Below are positions 1 to 7,989 of a DNA stretch of 64,000 nucleotides, piece by piece; position 1 is the stretch's first letter, and each line of letters opens with the position of its first letter. The translations under genes and the position numbers were made by a program. The notes under the pieces were generated by a model. The model was not told the DNA's origin. It searched no databases and saw only the letters and a program-made list of their open reading frames with translations. Source of the DNA: Roseivirga sp. (GTDB taxonomy: Bacteria; Bacteroidota; Bacteroidia; Cytophagales; Cyclobacteriaceae); NCBI GenBank assembly GCA_965661435.1, contig CBFIDS010000123.1, positions 1,684-65,683 on the forward strand, written 5' to 3'.

Positions 1-3000
1 GTCTAAGGATGCCAAGTCAAAATTGATTTCTAGATTTTCATCTAGCTGAGCCACAAGTTGACTCAACTGATTGGATAATAACTGACTTACGTTTTGTGTA
101 GGAGAGCCTCCTCCAATATTAAGTCCGCCTTGCTCAGTGAAACGATTCAGTACGATCAAACTCAATACTTGTCGATTCATTTCCTGTTCATCACTTTGTA
201 TTCTATTTTCAAAAGCATTGAGAGCAGTAGTGACTAAATAATCATTTGTATTGACCCCTGTCACTTCTATATCAAAGTTGATATTAGGTGACAGCATTGG
301 GCCAGTTAGTGATAGAAGTACTTTTGAGGGCACTCTTCTTGAGACACCTCCACCTTCTGCAGCTCCTGATACTCCAGCCTGATCTAAAAGTGGTGCAATT
401 GAAGTGTTTTGAGTATATGACGCGTTGATATCTACAATGGCTTCATAAGGATTTCCAAACCATGTTATGGTACTTGGTTGTTCAATGTCAAACTCTTTTA
501 CAATAAGGTTATATAAAGAGAAATTGTATGAGCCTTCTGTGATATCAAGTTCGCCAGTCATTTGGAAGTCACCTTGGGAATCAATTTGTAATCTTAATTG
601 TCCTTCACCCCTGCCACGAATTATATCACCTGTCTTGGGGTCTATAATGATCTCAACATAGGCATCTGGAGTAACCTCTATATCTAGATCTAAACTCAAG
701 CCCTCGATCTCAATCTTATTCACTTCGTCATTATTGATGTCTTGATTTGTCGAGGTGGTATCTTGAAGTGTTCGATCTACAAAAGTGATGTATTCGGGAA
801 TGTCGTTATTACCAGTATCCTCAGTAATAGGGATATAGAGTTTAGTGTCAGATTCTGTCCTAACATTGGCGGAAATATTAAGATTAGAAGCAGCACCGGT
901 CAAAGAAACTTCCCCTGTAGCATAAGCTGCACCATAATATGAATCGCCATTATCAATATTTGTATTCAAAACTTGAAAGTCTTGAAGATCACCAACAAGG
1001 TTTAGTCTTAAATTTTTAAAATTATCATGCTTAATTGATCCTCTGAAATCTGCGGGAAAATTTCTATTATCTCTAAACTCTAGATTCTCTAAATCAATAG
1101 ACTTTTCGCGCATAACTATGCCGCCATTAAAAGCGTAGTTGGTGTTGAGGTAATTGACCTTTACTTTTCCGCCTACGATCGATCCTGTCCCTGTGATTAT
1201 GGGAGCATTTGTGTTTCCGGAGATCTTATATTCTCCATCAATTATTCCTCCTAATTTTGAGAAGTAGTCATCAATGTAAGGCTCTGCGATATTGATATTA
1301 GCATCATCTAACTGTAGGTCTATATTAAGCTGGTCTTTATCTCTAGATGGGTAATATTCACCAGAGAGTAGGATGGTTTTCTTATCCAGTCTGTTTACTT
1401 CAAAATCTACATCAAAGCGCTTCCTGAAATCATTCCAAGTAATACTCCCATCGAGGTCTCCCACCAAAAATTGATTGATTCTAAAGTCTTTGACTTCAAG
1501 GTCTCCAAAAACAATTGGATTAAAATAAAGATTCTGAGCGCTTAACACACCACTTACTTGACCTGTATATTCTTCATTAGTTAATGAATTGATATTGGAG
1601 ACTTCAACTTTTTGAAAATCTATCGAAAGTGTCTTGGCACTATCCTGAACAACGGCTACTTCACCGTTGAAACTTATGGATTGGTCAGTATTAAAAACAC
1701 TTAAATTTTCTATATCAATGCGCGAATCTCCGAATACAATGACATTTTCATTTGTGATTCTCCATTGTTCATTCAGAGCGGTTATGTTTGAATCCTCAAA
1801 ACGAAGTTCAGTTCTTCCTGGAAAAAAGTTTACGTTAGCAGAGACTTCTGCAAAATTTCCTGAACTTTCTTGTGAAAGGTTTTGTCTAAGTCCAATCTGA
1901 TTGCCGTCCCAAACGGCTTCGAAAACTAGCTTTTCTGTCTCGGAGAGGTTGCCGTAGATTTGTTTTTCGCTAGATAGATAGCCTAGTGCTAATACGTTTT
2001 GTCTATCTCTAATTCTGTCCGCATTCAAATTCAGTTGGTTATTGAACAAGTTCAGTTTTCCCAGTTGAATCGTATCAATCTTAGACTCGAGTAAGATTGA
2101 TTCTCCACTTTCATTGTTGAACCTCCCATTGATTTGTGTGTTTTTTGATATATAAATTGTGCTATCGAACAGGTTTATAATTGGACTAACATCTTTCAAG
2201 TTGAGCCGGTAATTCATATTGAAGTCTGATGTTGTCCTAGGATTTCTCGCAATAAACTGGTCAACTTGCTCAGTTCTTGATGAAAATTGAAGCCGATATT
2301 GTTCATTGATATTCCCTAACTCCTTAGCAATTTTAGAGAATTCGAAATCGCCATTGAAGTCAGCGTTCAGGTAATCACTTTCAACAACAAGCTTTCTGCC
2401 TCCATCAGTTCTTGAGGCAATAAAAAACACCGAATCAAGCTCTACCGCTTGTTGCTCGTATCGATAATATGAGTTAGTAAGCTCAATCGTTCCATCCAGG
2501 CTATCTAGGACTAAACCTGAAAAGTCCATATCAAAGCTTGAAGAGAACTCCATCTCCTTTTCGGTAAGGTTGACTTCTTTCAATAAGGCAGTATCTAACC
2601 TACCCCTCAGTTTAAATATTCTACGTTTATCGCGAATGTCGACAGACCCTGTTGCGAATAGTTTGAAATTCGGATCGTTTACTTCAACTTGGCCAGAAAA
2701 AAAACTTTCGGCAAAGGTTCCGTCAGTTTCAATGTTTGAATATTCATACTGGTTGATATCGATCTTCGGGATGGAGGCATTTAATAAGAAATTCGCTGTT
2801 TCAAGAGTTAATCCTTTTCCTTCCACAGCTCCGTCCAGATCTATTCTATCAAAATTGGAGACCTCTGTAAAATCTCCGAGGTTGAAGTTGTTTAGAAAGA
2901 GGTCGCCTCTATATTTAGGGAGTCCATCTTCCGGGATTTCGAACTGAGTATTCAATTGAACCTTGCCAAGTGCGGTGTTAAAACTACCATCTGCTACAAA

Positions 3001-4185
3001 GTTTTTTAGTAGTCCATCAAATCTTCCCGACATTCTAATTAATCCAAACTTATCAGAGATCCTGAAAGACTCATTATCCATGTATTGCCGAATATCGCTA
3101 GCTCTGAAAGTTGAGTTCCGAAGATTTAGAGCAAAAAAGGTTTGTTCAATACTGGGTAAGCCCTCTATATCGAATGACCCTTCTAGTCGACTATAATTAC
3201 CAAATTGGATATTGAAATTGTCTGAATAGAATTTATTGATTCTCCCTTGAAATAGACCTGTGATCTCTATCTCTTGATTTAGTTTTTTCAATTCTGGAAC
3301 AAAAAAACCAAGTTCATCCGTATGTATAACAGTCCCACTAAGGTCAGTACGTAAGTCTACGCTATCTTCAAAGTAGGCCATTTGAGAAGGTTTTTCATGC
3401 TTGAATTCAATAAAGTCCTTAATTCTACTTTTACCCATTTGCAGGTCGATATCGTAAAAGATTAGGCCGCTTTGAGAATTACGGAAAAATGTTTCCAAGT
3501 GATCAACACTAAGTCCTGATGCTGAATCTTTAGTTGTGAGCTTTTTTACATCGATTTGAAAAGTATCACTTATGGTTTTGAGATTTAATAAATCTGCATT
3601 AAGATCAATGAGTTGAAAATGATTGTAATCAAAGCCGTCTTTGATACTGTCTTTTCGGCTATCAGAGATGCTAAATTTAGATTTCAATAGAGTGATTTGA
3701 TCTAAAGTAAAAATTGACGGCTCGGTCGTTATTGTATCCTCTGATGCACTTAGGTCTGAGATCCTGTCAGCCCAATCTTCTACATTTAGTCCTCCAGTTG
3801 CAATATTTCTTAAGTTCACATCGGCACCTTTCAGCCAAGCTTCTTTGGTTTTAATGTCTTTCTTACCTAGGAGGTCACTCAATGAAAATGTTAAAGCTAA
3901 CTCTTCAACACCTATCATCAGAATGTCTTCCTGATCATATATTTTCACATCATCTAAGGCAATAGAATTGAACCATTTGATATTGGCATAACCGATTTTA
4001 GTTTGATAACCTGTACCTTCGGTGAGGTAAGTGGTAGCTTCTGAAATTATATAGTTTTGAACAGGCGGTAAGTGGATGAGAAGAAAAATTAAAGCCAACA
4101 ATATAAAGGGAGAGGCGATTACCCACAGGATTGATTTGACAATCCGTTTTTTAATAACTTGCGATCTTTTAATTTTCTCCTTCAA
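1..4185 (-). CDS. tamB: Translocation/assembly module TamB (DUF490) family protein, 3' end outside the window
   Basis: Not in the ORF track because it runs off the left edge. Manual translation gives an N-terminal TM anchor (LKEKIKRSQVIKKRIVKSILWVIASPFILLALIFLLIHLPPVQN) and a TamB-like C-terminal region (VSQLLSNQLSQLVAQLDENLEINFD) in the same frame. The TTG start at 4185 is tentative. Confidence 0.85.
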   Translation of the reverse strand, partial: MKEKIKRSQVIKKRIVKSILWVIASPFILLALIFLLIHLPPVQNYIISEATTYLTEGTGYQTKIGYANIKWFNSIALDDVKIYDQEDILMIGVEELALTFSLSDLLGKKDIKTKEAWLKGADVNLRNIATGGLNVEDWADRISDLSASEDTITTEPSIFTLDQITLLKSKFSISDSRKDSIKDGFDYNHFQLIDLNADLLNLKTISDTFQIDVKKLTTKDSASGLSVDHLETFFRNSQSGLIFYDIDLQMGKSRIKDFIEFKHEKPSQMAYFEDSVDLRTDLSGTVIHTDELGFFVPELKKLNQEIEITGLFQGRINKFYSDNFNIQFGNYSRLEGSFDIEGLPSIEQTFFALNLRNSTFRASDIRQYMDNESFRISDKFGLIRMSGRFDGLLKNFVADGSFNTALGKVQLNTQFEIPEDGLPKYRGDLFLNNFNLGDFTEVSNFDRIDLDGAVEGKGLTLETANFLLNASIPKIDINQYEYSNIETDGTFAESFFSGQVEVNDPNFKLFATGSVDIRDKRRIFKLRGRLDTALLKEVNLTEKEMEFSSSFDMDFSGLVLDSLDGTIELTNSYYRYEQQAVELDSVFFIASRTDGGRKLVVESDYLNADFNGDFEFSKIAKELGNINEQYRLQFSSRTEQVDQFIARNPRTTSDFNMNYRLNLKDVSPIINLFDSTIYISKNTQINGRFNNESGESILLESKIDTIQLGKLNLFNNQLNLNADRIRDRQNVLALGYLSSEKQIYGNLSETEKLVFEAVWDGNQIGLRQNLSQESSGNFAEVSANVNFFPGRTELRFEDSNITALNEQWRITNENVIVFGDSRIDIENLSVFNTDQSISFNGEVAVVQDSAKTLSIDFQKVEVSNINSLTNEEYTGQVSGVLSAQNLYFNPIVFGDLEVKDFRINQFLVGDLDGSITWNDFRKRFDVDFEVNRLDKKTILLSGEYYPSRDKDQLNIDLQLDDANINIAEPYIDDYFSKLGGIIDGEYKISGNTNAPIITGTGSIVGGKVKVNYLNTNYAFNGGIVMREKSIDLENLEFRDNRNFPADFRGSIKHDNFKNLRLNLVGDLQDFQVLNTNIDNGDSYYGAAYATGEVSLTGAASNLNISANVRTESDTKLYIPITEDTGNNDIPEYITFVDRTLQDTTSTNQDINNDEVNKIEIEGLSLDLDIEVTPDAYVEIIIDPKTGDIIRGRGEGQLRLQIDSQGDFQMTGELDITEGSYNFSLYNLIVKEFDIEQPSTITWFGNPYEAIVDINASYTQNTSIAPLLDQAGVSGAAEGGGVSRRVPSKVLLSLTGPMLSPNINFDIEVTGVNTNDYLVTTALNAFENRIQSDEQEMNRQVLSLIVLNRFTEQGGLNIGGGSPTQNVSQLLSNQLSQLVAQLDENLEINFDLASLD

Positions 4186-5198
4186 TGCCTTTTTCCGATA
4201 TAAAAATCTTGGCCATCGAATCATCTTGCGATGAGACATCTGCTGCTGTAGCGGTCAATGGCAAAGTACTCAATAATATAGTCGCAACGCAATCTGTGCA
4301 TGAAAATTATGGAGGAGTTGTGCCAGAGCTTGCGAGTAGAGCTCATCAACAAAACATCGTACCTGTAGTAGATAAAGCACTTAAAAATGCTGCCATTTCT
4401 CCAGACGAACTGAGTGCAGTTGCTTTTACTAGAGGGCCAGGGCTTATGGGTGCTCTTTTAGTGGGTACTTCTTTTGCGAAAGGACTTGCCCTTTCATTAA
4501 ATATTCCATTAGTTGAGGTGAATCATATGCATGCTCATATCTTGGCTCATTTCATTGATGAACCAAAGCCCGCCTTTCCTTTTCTATGCTTAACTGTTAG
4601 TGGAGGGCATACTCAAATAGTCTTGGTGAAAGACCATTTGAAAATGGAGGTTGTTGGAGAAACACAAGACGATGCTGTTGGAGAGGCTTTTGATAAAGTG
4701 GCAAAAATGATGGACCTGGGATATCCAGGAGGTCCTCAAGTTGATATATTGGCCCGGCAAGGTGATCCTCATAGATACCAATTTCCTGAATCAGAAATGA
4801 AGGGATTAAGCTATTCATTCAGTGGAATTAAAACGGCCGTACTTTATTTTTTCAGGGATCAGTTAAAAGAAAACCCTAAATTCATCGAAGAGAATAAAGC
4901 CGATCTAGCCGCAAGTATTCAAAAGACCTTGATCAATATGTTATTGAACAAATTGAAAAAAGCAGCAAGACAGTATAAGATCAAAGAGGTGGCGATCGCA
5001 GGAGGGGTATCCGCAAACAGTGGATTAAGAGACAGGTTGAATGAATTGGCAATCAAGGAAAAGTGGAATGTTTTTATTCCTAGTTTTGAATATTGTACAG
5101 ATAATGCGGGCATGATCGCTATGGCAGGGCACTATAAGTTCTTAGCCAATGAATTTGTGGACCAAGGGGTAAGCGCACTGCCCAGAATGAAGGTTTGA
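4185..5198 (+). CDS. tsaD: tRNA N6-threonylcarbamoyladenosine (t6A) synthesis protein TsaD
   Basis: ILAIESSCDET, GGVVPELASRAH, HxxxH (HMHAH), VSGGHT, GEAFDK, TDNAGMIA motifs. Confidence 0.97.
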   Translation: MPFSDIKILAIESSCDETSAAVAVNGKVLNNIVATQSVHENYGGVVPELASRAHQQNIVPVVDKALKNAAISPDELSAVAFTRGPGLMGALLVGTSFAKGLALSLNIPLVEVNHMHAHILAHFIDEPKPAFPFLCLTVSGGHTQIVLVKDHLKMEVVGETQDDAVGEAFDKVAKMMDLGYPGGPQVDILARQGDPHRYQFPESEMKGLSYSFSGIKTAVLYFFRDQLKENPKFIEENKADLAASIQKTLINMLLNKLKKAARQYKIKEVAIAGGVSANSGLRDRLNELAIKEKWNVFIPSFEYCTDNAGMIAMAGHYKFLANEFVDQGVSALPRMKV

Positions 5199-5210
5199 TA
5201 TAATTACTTC

Positions 5211-5603
5211 ATGAAAGAAATTTTTAAAGTAGGGGATGTTAAAATGCATAACTACTTAGTCACTATAGAAGATGTGGCCAAGTTTGATTCTGGCGTAGTT
5301 CATTCTGTATGCTCAACTTTTGCTTTGGCTCGCGAAATAGAATGGTCTAGCAGGCTTTTTGTATTGGACATGAAAGAGGATGATGAAGAGGGTATTGGGA
5401 CAGCAGTTACTATCAATCATCATTCACCAGCTTTGGTTGGAAATGAACTCATTATAATGGCCCAGATAAAAAGCATAAGGGGTAATGAGCTTATCTGCCA
5501 AATTGAAATTAAGTCGGGAGAAAGACTAGTAGCTACGGGTAGTACAGGACAAAAGATCCTGTCCAAGGTGAAAATTGAAAAGTTATTTAGTAGTTTGGAT
5601 TAG
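5211..5603 (+). CDS. Hot-dog fold thioesterase (fluoroacetyl-CoA thioesterase FlK-like)
   Basis: 130 aa; VCSTFALAREIE...GIGTAVTINHHSPA pattern with Thr/Glu/His residues typical of the FlK family. Confidence 0.8.
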   Translation: MKEIFKVGDVKMHNYLVTIEDVAKFDSGVVHSVCSTFALAREIEWSSRLFVLDMKEDDEEGIGTAVTINHHSPALVGNELIIMAQIKSIRGNELICQIEIKSGERLVATGSTGQKILSKVKIEKLFSSLD

Positions 5604-5604
5604 T

Positions 5605-6075
5605 ATGGCGAAGAAGGACAAAGAGCGATTTTCAAATAATATCAATATTAAAAATAGAAGAGCGAGCTATGAATACGAACTCATTGATAAGTATGTGGCC
5701 GGCATGCAATTAATGGGTACAGAAATTAAATCTATTCGAGAAGGAAAAGCCACAATCTCCGAGGCTTATTGCTTCTTTAGAAAAGAAGAACTTTGGGTCA
5801 AACAGATGAATATAAGTCCTTACACACAAGGTACTCATTACAATCACGAGCAAACCAGAGAACGAAAGCTTCTACTCAATAAGCAGGAATTGAAAAAACT
5901 TTTGGCTAAGACTGAGGAAAAAGGAATGTCCATTGTCCCACTTAGGTTGTTTATAAGTGATAGGGGATTTGCTAAATTACAGATAGCACTTGCCAAGGGT
6001 AAAAAAGTGCATGATAAAAGAGATTCGATTAAGGAGCGCGATGTCAAAAGAGACCTTCAAAGAATGAAGTATTGA
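5605..6075 (+). CDS. smpB: SsrA-binding protein SmpB
   Basis: NRRASYEY, AGMQLMGTEIKSIR, RKLLL, GKKVHDKR; ATG at 5605 preferred to the upstream TTG. Confidence 0.97.
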   Translation: MAKKDKERFSNNINIKNRRASYEYELIDKYVAGMQLMGTEIKSIREGKATISEAYCFFRKEELWVKQMNISPYTQGTHYNHEQTRERKLLLNKQELKKLLAKTEEKGMSIVPLRLFISDRGFAKLQIALAKGKKVHDKRDSIKERDVKRDLQRMKY

Positions 6076-6860
6076 TGGAGATATTAGATTATGGTGTTTT
6101 AAGGCTTAGTATGATTCCTTTGAGGGATGAACCTTCAGACAGTTCAGAGATCATATCTCAATTACTTTTTGGAGAGCATTACACTGTCATCGAAGAGTCA
6201 GAAAACAAGCAATGGCTAAAAATCCAAAATGCTTATGATGCTTATGAAGGGTGGATAGACAAAAAGCAGCATCATTCGATATCTAAGGAGTACTTTGTAC
6301 AAATTGATGAAACAGAATATAAGATCTGTACAGATCTTGTCTCAAAGATTCTTTTCAAACAACAGATCAATCACATAGTAGCTGGCTCAATATTACCACT
6401 CTTGAATAACCCCATTTTTAAAGATGAGGAGAATGTTGCTTTTAATGGGACATCCAAGACCATTTACCAGAAGTGGGGTGTCTCAGCCATGCTCAACTTT
6501 GCCAATAAATATTTGAATGCCCCTTATCTTTGGGGAGGAAGAACTCCATTTGGAATAGACTGTTCTGGTTTTACTCAAATAGTTTTTAAAACTGCTGGTT
6601 ATAAACTCCCTCGAGACTCATCAGAGCAAATCACTAAAGGGAAAGAGGTGGCTTTTGAAGAGGCTGAGCCTGGAGATTTAGCTTTCTTTAATAACGCAGA
6701 GGGCAAGATGAATCATGTCGGAATTATTTGTGAGGAGGAAAAAATCATACATGCTTCAGGAATTGTTCGCGTAGATGCCTTTGATGAAAAAGGCATTAAG
6801 AATTTAGAACAAAATCGTTATACTCATCATTTCTTTAGGCTGAAAAGGATTATTAAATAA
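6075..6860 (+). CDS. NlpC/P60 (C40) peptidase with N-terminal SH3-like domain
   Basis: PYLWGG, GIDCSG (catalytic Cys), LPRDS, HVGI, IIHAS; start overlaps the smpB stop (TGATG). Confidence 0.92.
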   Translation: MEILDYGVLRLSMIPLRDEPSDSSEIISQLLFGEHYTVIEESENKQWLKIQNAYDAYEGWIDKKQHHSISKEYFVQIDETEYKICTDLVSKILFKQQINHIVAGSILPLLNNPIFKDEENVAFNGTSKTIYQKWGVSAMLNFANKYLNAPYLWGGRTPFGIDCSGFTQIVFKTAGYKLPRDSSEQITKGKEVAFEEAEPGDLAFFNNAEGKMNHVGIICEEEKIIHASGIVRVDAFDEKGIKNLEQNRYTHHFFRLKRIIK

Positions 6861-6861
6861 A

Positions 6862-7359
6862 ATGAGACGAGTTCTCGTTCTGAATCAAGATTATTCTCCA
6901 CTATCTGTTTGTACTGCAGAGAGAGCCTTCCTTTTGATCTTTCTGGAAAAAGCTGAGTTAGTCCATGACGATCCTCAGCAAAAAATTAGAACGGTCAAAG
7001 ATGACTATCCAATGCCTTCAGTGATTCGACTTCAGAAGTACATATTCATACCTTATAAAAGCGTTCTCCTATCTAGGCAAAATGTATTTAAAAGAGATGG
7101 TCAGAAATGTCAATATTGTGGAAGTAGTAAGGACCTTACGCTGGACCATGTGATCCCTAAATCCAAAGGAGGGAAATCAACATGGAACAACTTAGTGGCA
7201 GCTTGCAAAAGGTGTAATTCATTAAAAGGAGATAAAAGTCCCGAGGAGGCAGAGATGCCATTGGCTAAAAAGCCTTTCAAGCCATCCTATATAATGTTCG
7301 TCCGAAACTTCAGTGGTTTCACCTCCGAACAATGGATGAAGTATTTGAGTGTGAATTAG
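6862..7359 (+). CDS. HNH endonuclease (McrA/HNH_5-like, Zn-binding)
   Basis: CQYCG...LTLDHVIPKSKGG...WNNLVAACKRCN. Confidence 0.92.
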   Translation: MRRVLVLNQDYSPLSVCTAERAFLLIFLEKAELVHDDPQQKIRTVKDDYPMPSVIRLQKYIFIPYKSVLLSRQNVFKRDGQKCQYCGSSKDLTLDHVIPKSKGGKSTWNNLVAACKRCNSLKGDKSPEEAEMPLAKKPFKPSYIMFVRNFSGFTSEQWMKYLSVN

Positions 7360-7361
7360 TA

Positions 7362-7694
7362 TTAGGCCTTCCTTACAAATTCCGATTTCAAGGCCATTGA
7401 TCCAAAGCCATCTACTTTACAGTTTATGTTATGGTGTCCGTCTACAAGTCTTATGTTTTTCACTTTAGTGCCTGCTTTTACAGGTTTTGGCATTCCTTTA
7501 ACAGGAAGGTCCTTGATGACAATAACTGAATCACCATCTGTAAGTATATTACCATTTGAATCTTTGATATGATCTTCTTGATCTAACTTTTCTTCCAGGG
7601 TCCATTCATGGCCGCATTCGGGGCACATTAAGGTTTGACCAGTTGGATATCCATAAGGAGACTTACATTCAGGGCAAGGGGGAGTCTCTGACTT
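7362..7694 (-). CDS. yjdM: Zinc-ribbon protein YjdM/PhnA family (canonical start codon missing, see findings)
   Basis: CPECGHEW, KDSNGNILTDGD, IKDLPVKG, GTKVKNIRL, LKSEFVRKA. The first CPEC lies in frame upstream of the ATG at 7628. Confidence 0.85.
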   Translation of the reverse strand, partial: KSETPPCPECKSPYGYPTGQTLMCPECGHEWTLEEKLDQEDHIKDSNGNILTDGDSVIVIKDLPVKGMPKPVKAGTKVKNIRLVDGHHNINCKVDGFGSMALKSEFVRKA

Positions 7695-7876
7695 TAGACC
7701 TGTGAATTTAAAGAAATTAGATAAGCATCTACATTAGGTTTTTAACTCCGAATTTCAAAATAGCTCTTGATCTAACTAGGTTGATACTTGGTTAGACTCA
7801 GGACTAGATAAATAAACCTTTATACTTTCAACTTCATTATCAAATCAACATATTATTTCATTTTCAAATTAATTCC

Positions 7877-7884
7877 TACCTTTG
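7877..7884 (+). promoter_or_regulatory. Bacteroidota sigma-A -7 element (TACCTTTG) for rpsA
   Basis: Exact TAnnTTTG match ~105 nt upstream of the rpsA ATG. Confidence 0.75.
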
Positions 7885-7989
7885 CAGTCCGTTTCAAAAG
7901 AGGCGGTTCCGAGAACTCGGGAATGTTGAACAAAAATCCTTCGCTAGAGGCTCTGTATAGCGATAGGAGTAATCACAGGGCGCATTAAC

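Noticed and set aside
467-3196. Short plus-strand ORFs in the first 4 kb
   Set aside because: Antisense shadows of the long minus-strand tamB frame
6862-7359. HNH gene as part of a restriction, CRISPR or retron defence system
   Set aside because: No methyltransferase, cas gene, reverse transcriptase, array or ncRNA nearby
7769-7794. Imperfect hairpin TCTAACTAGG/CTTGGTTAGA between yjdM and rpsA
   Set aside because: Single copy, no U-tract, no recognisable family; too weak to call
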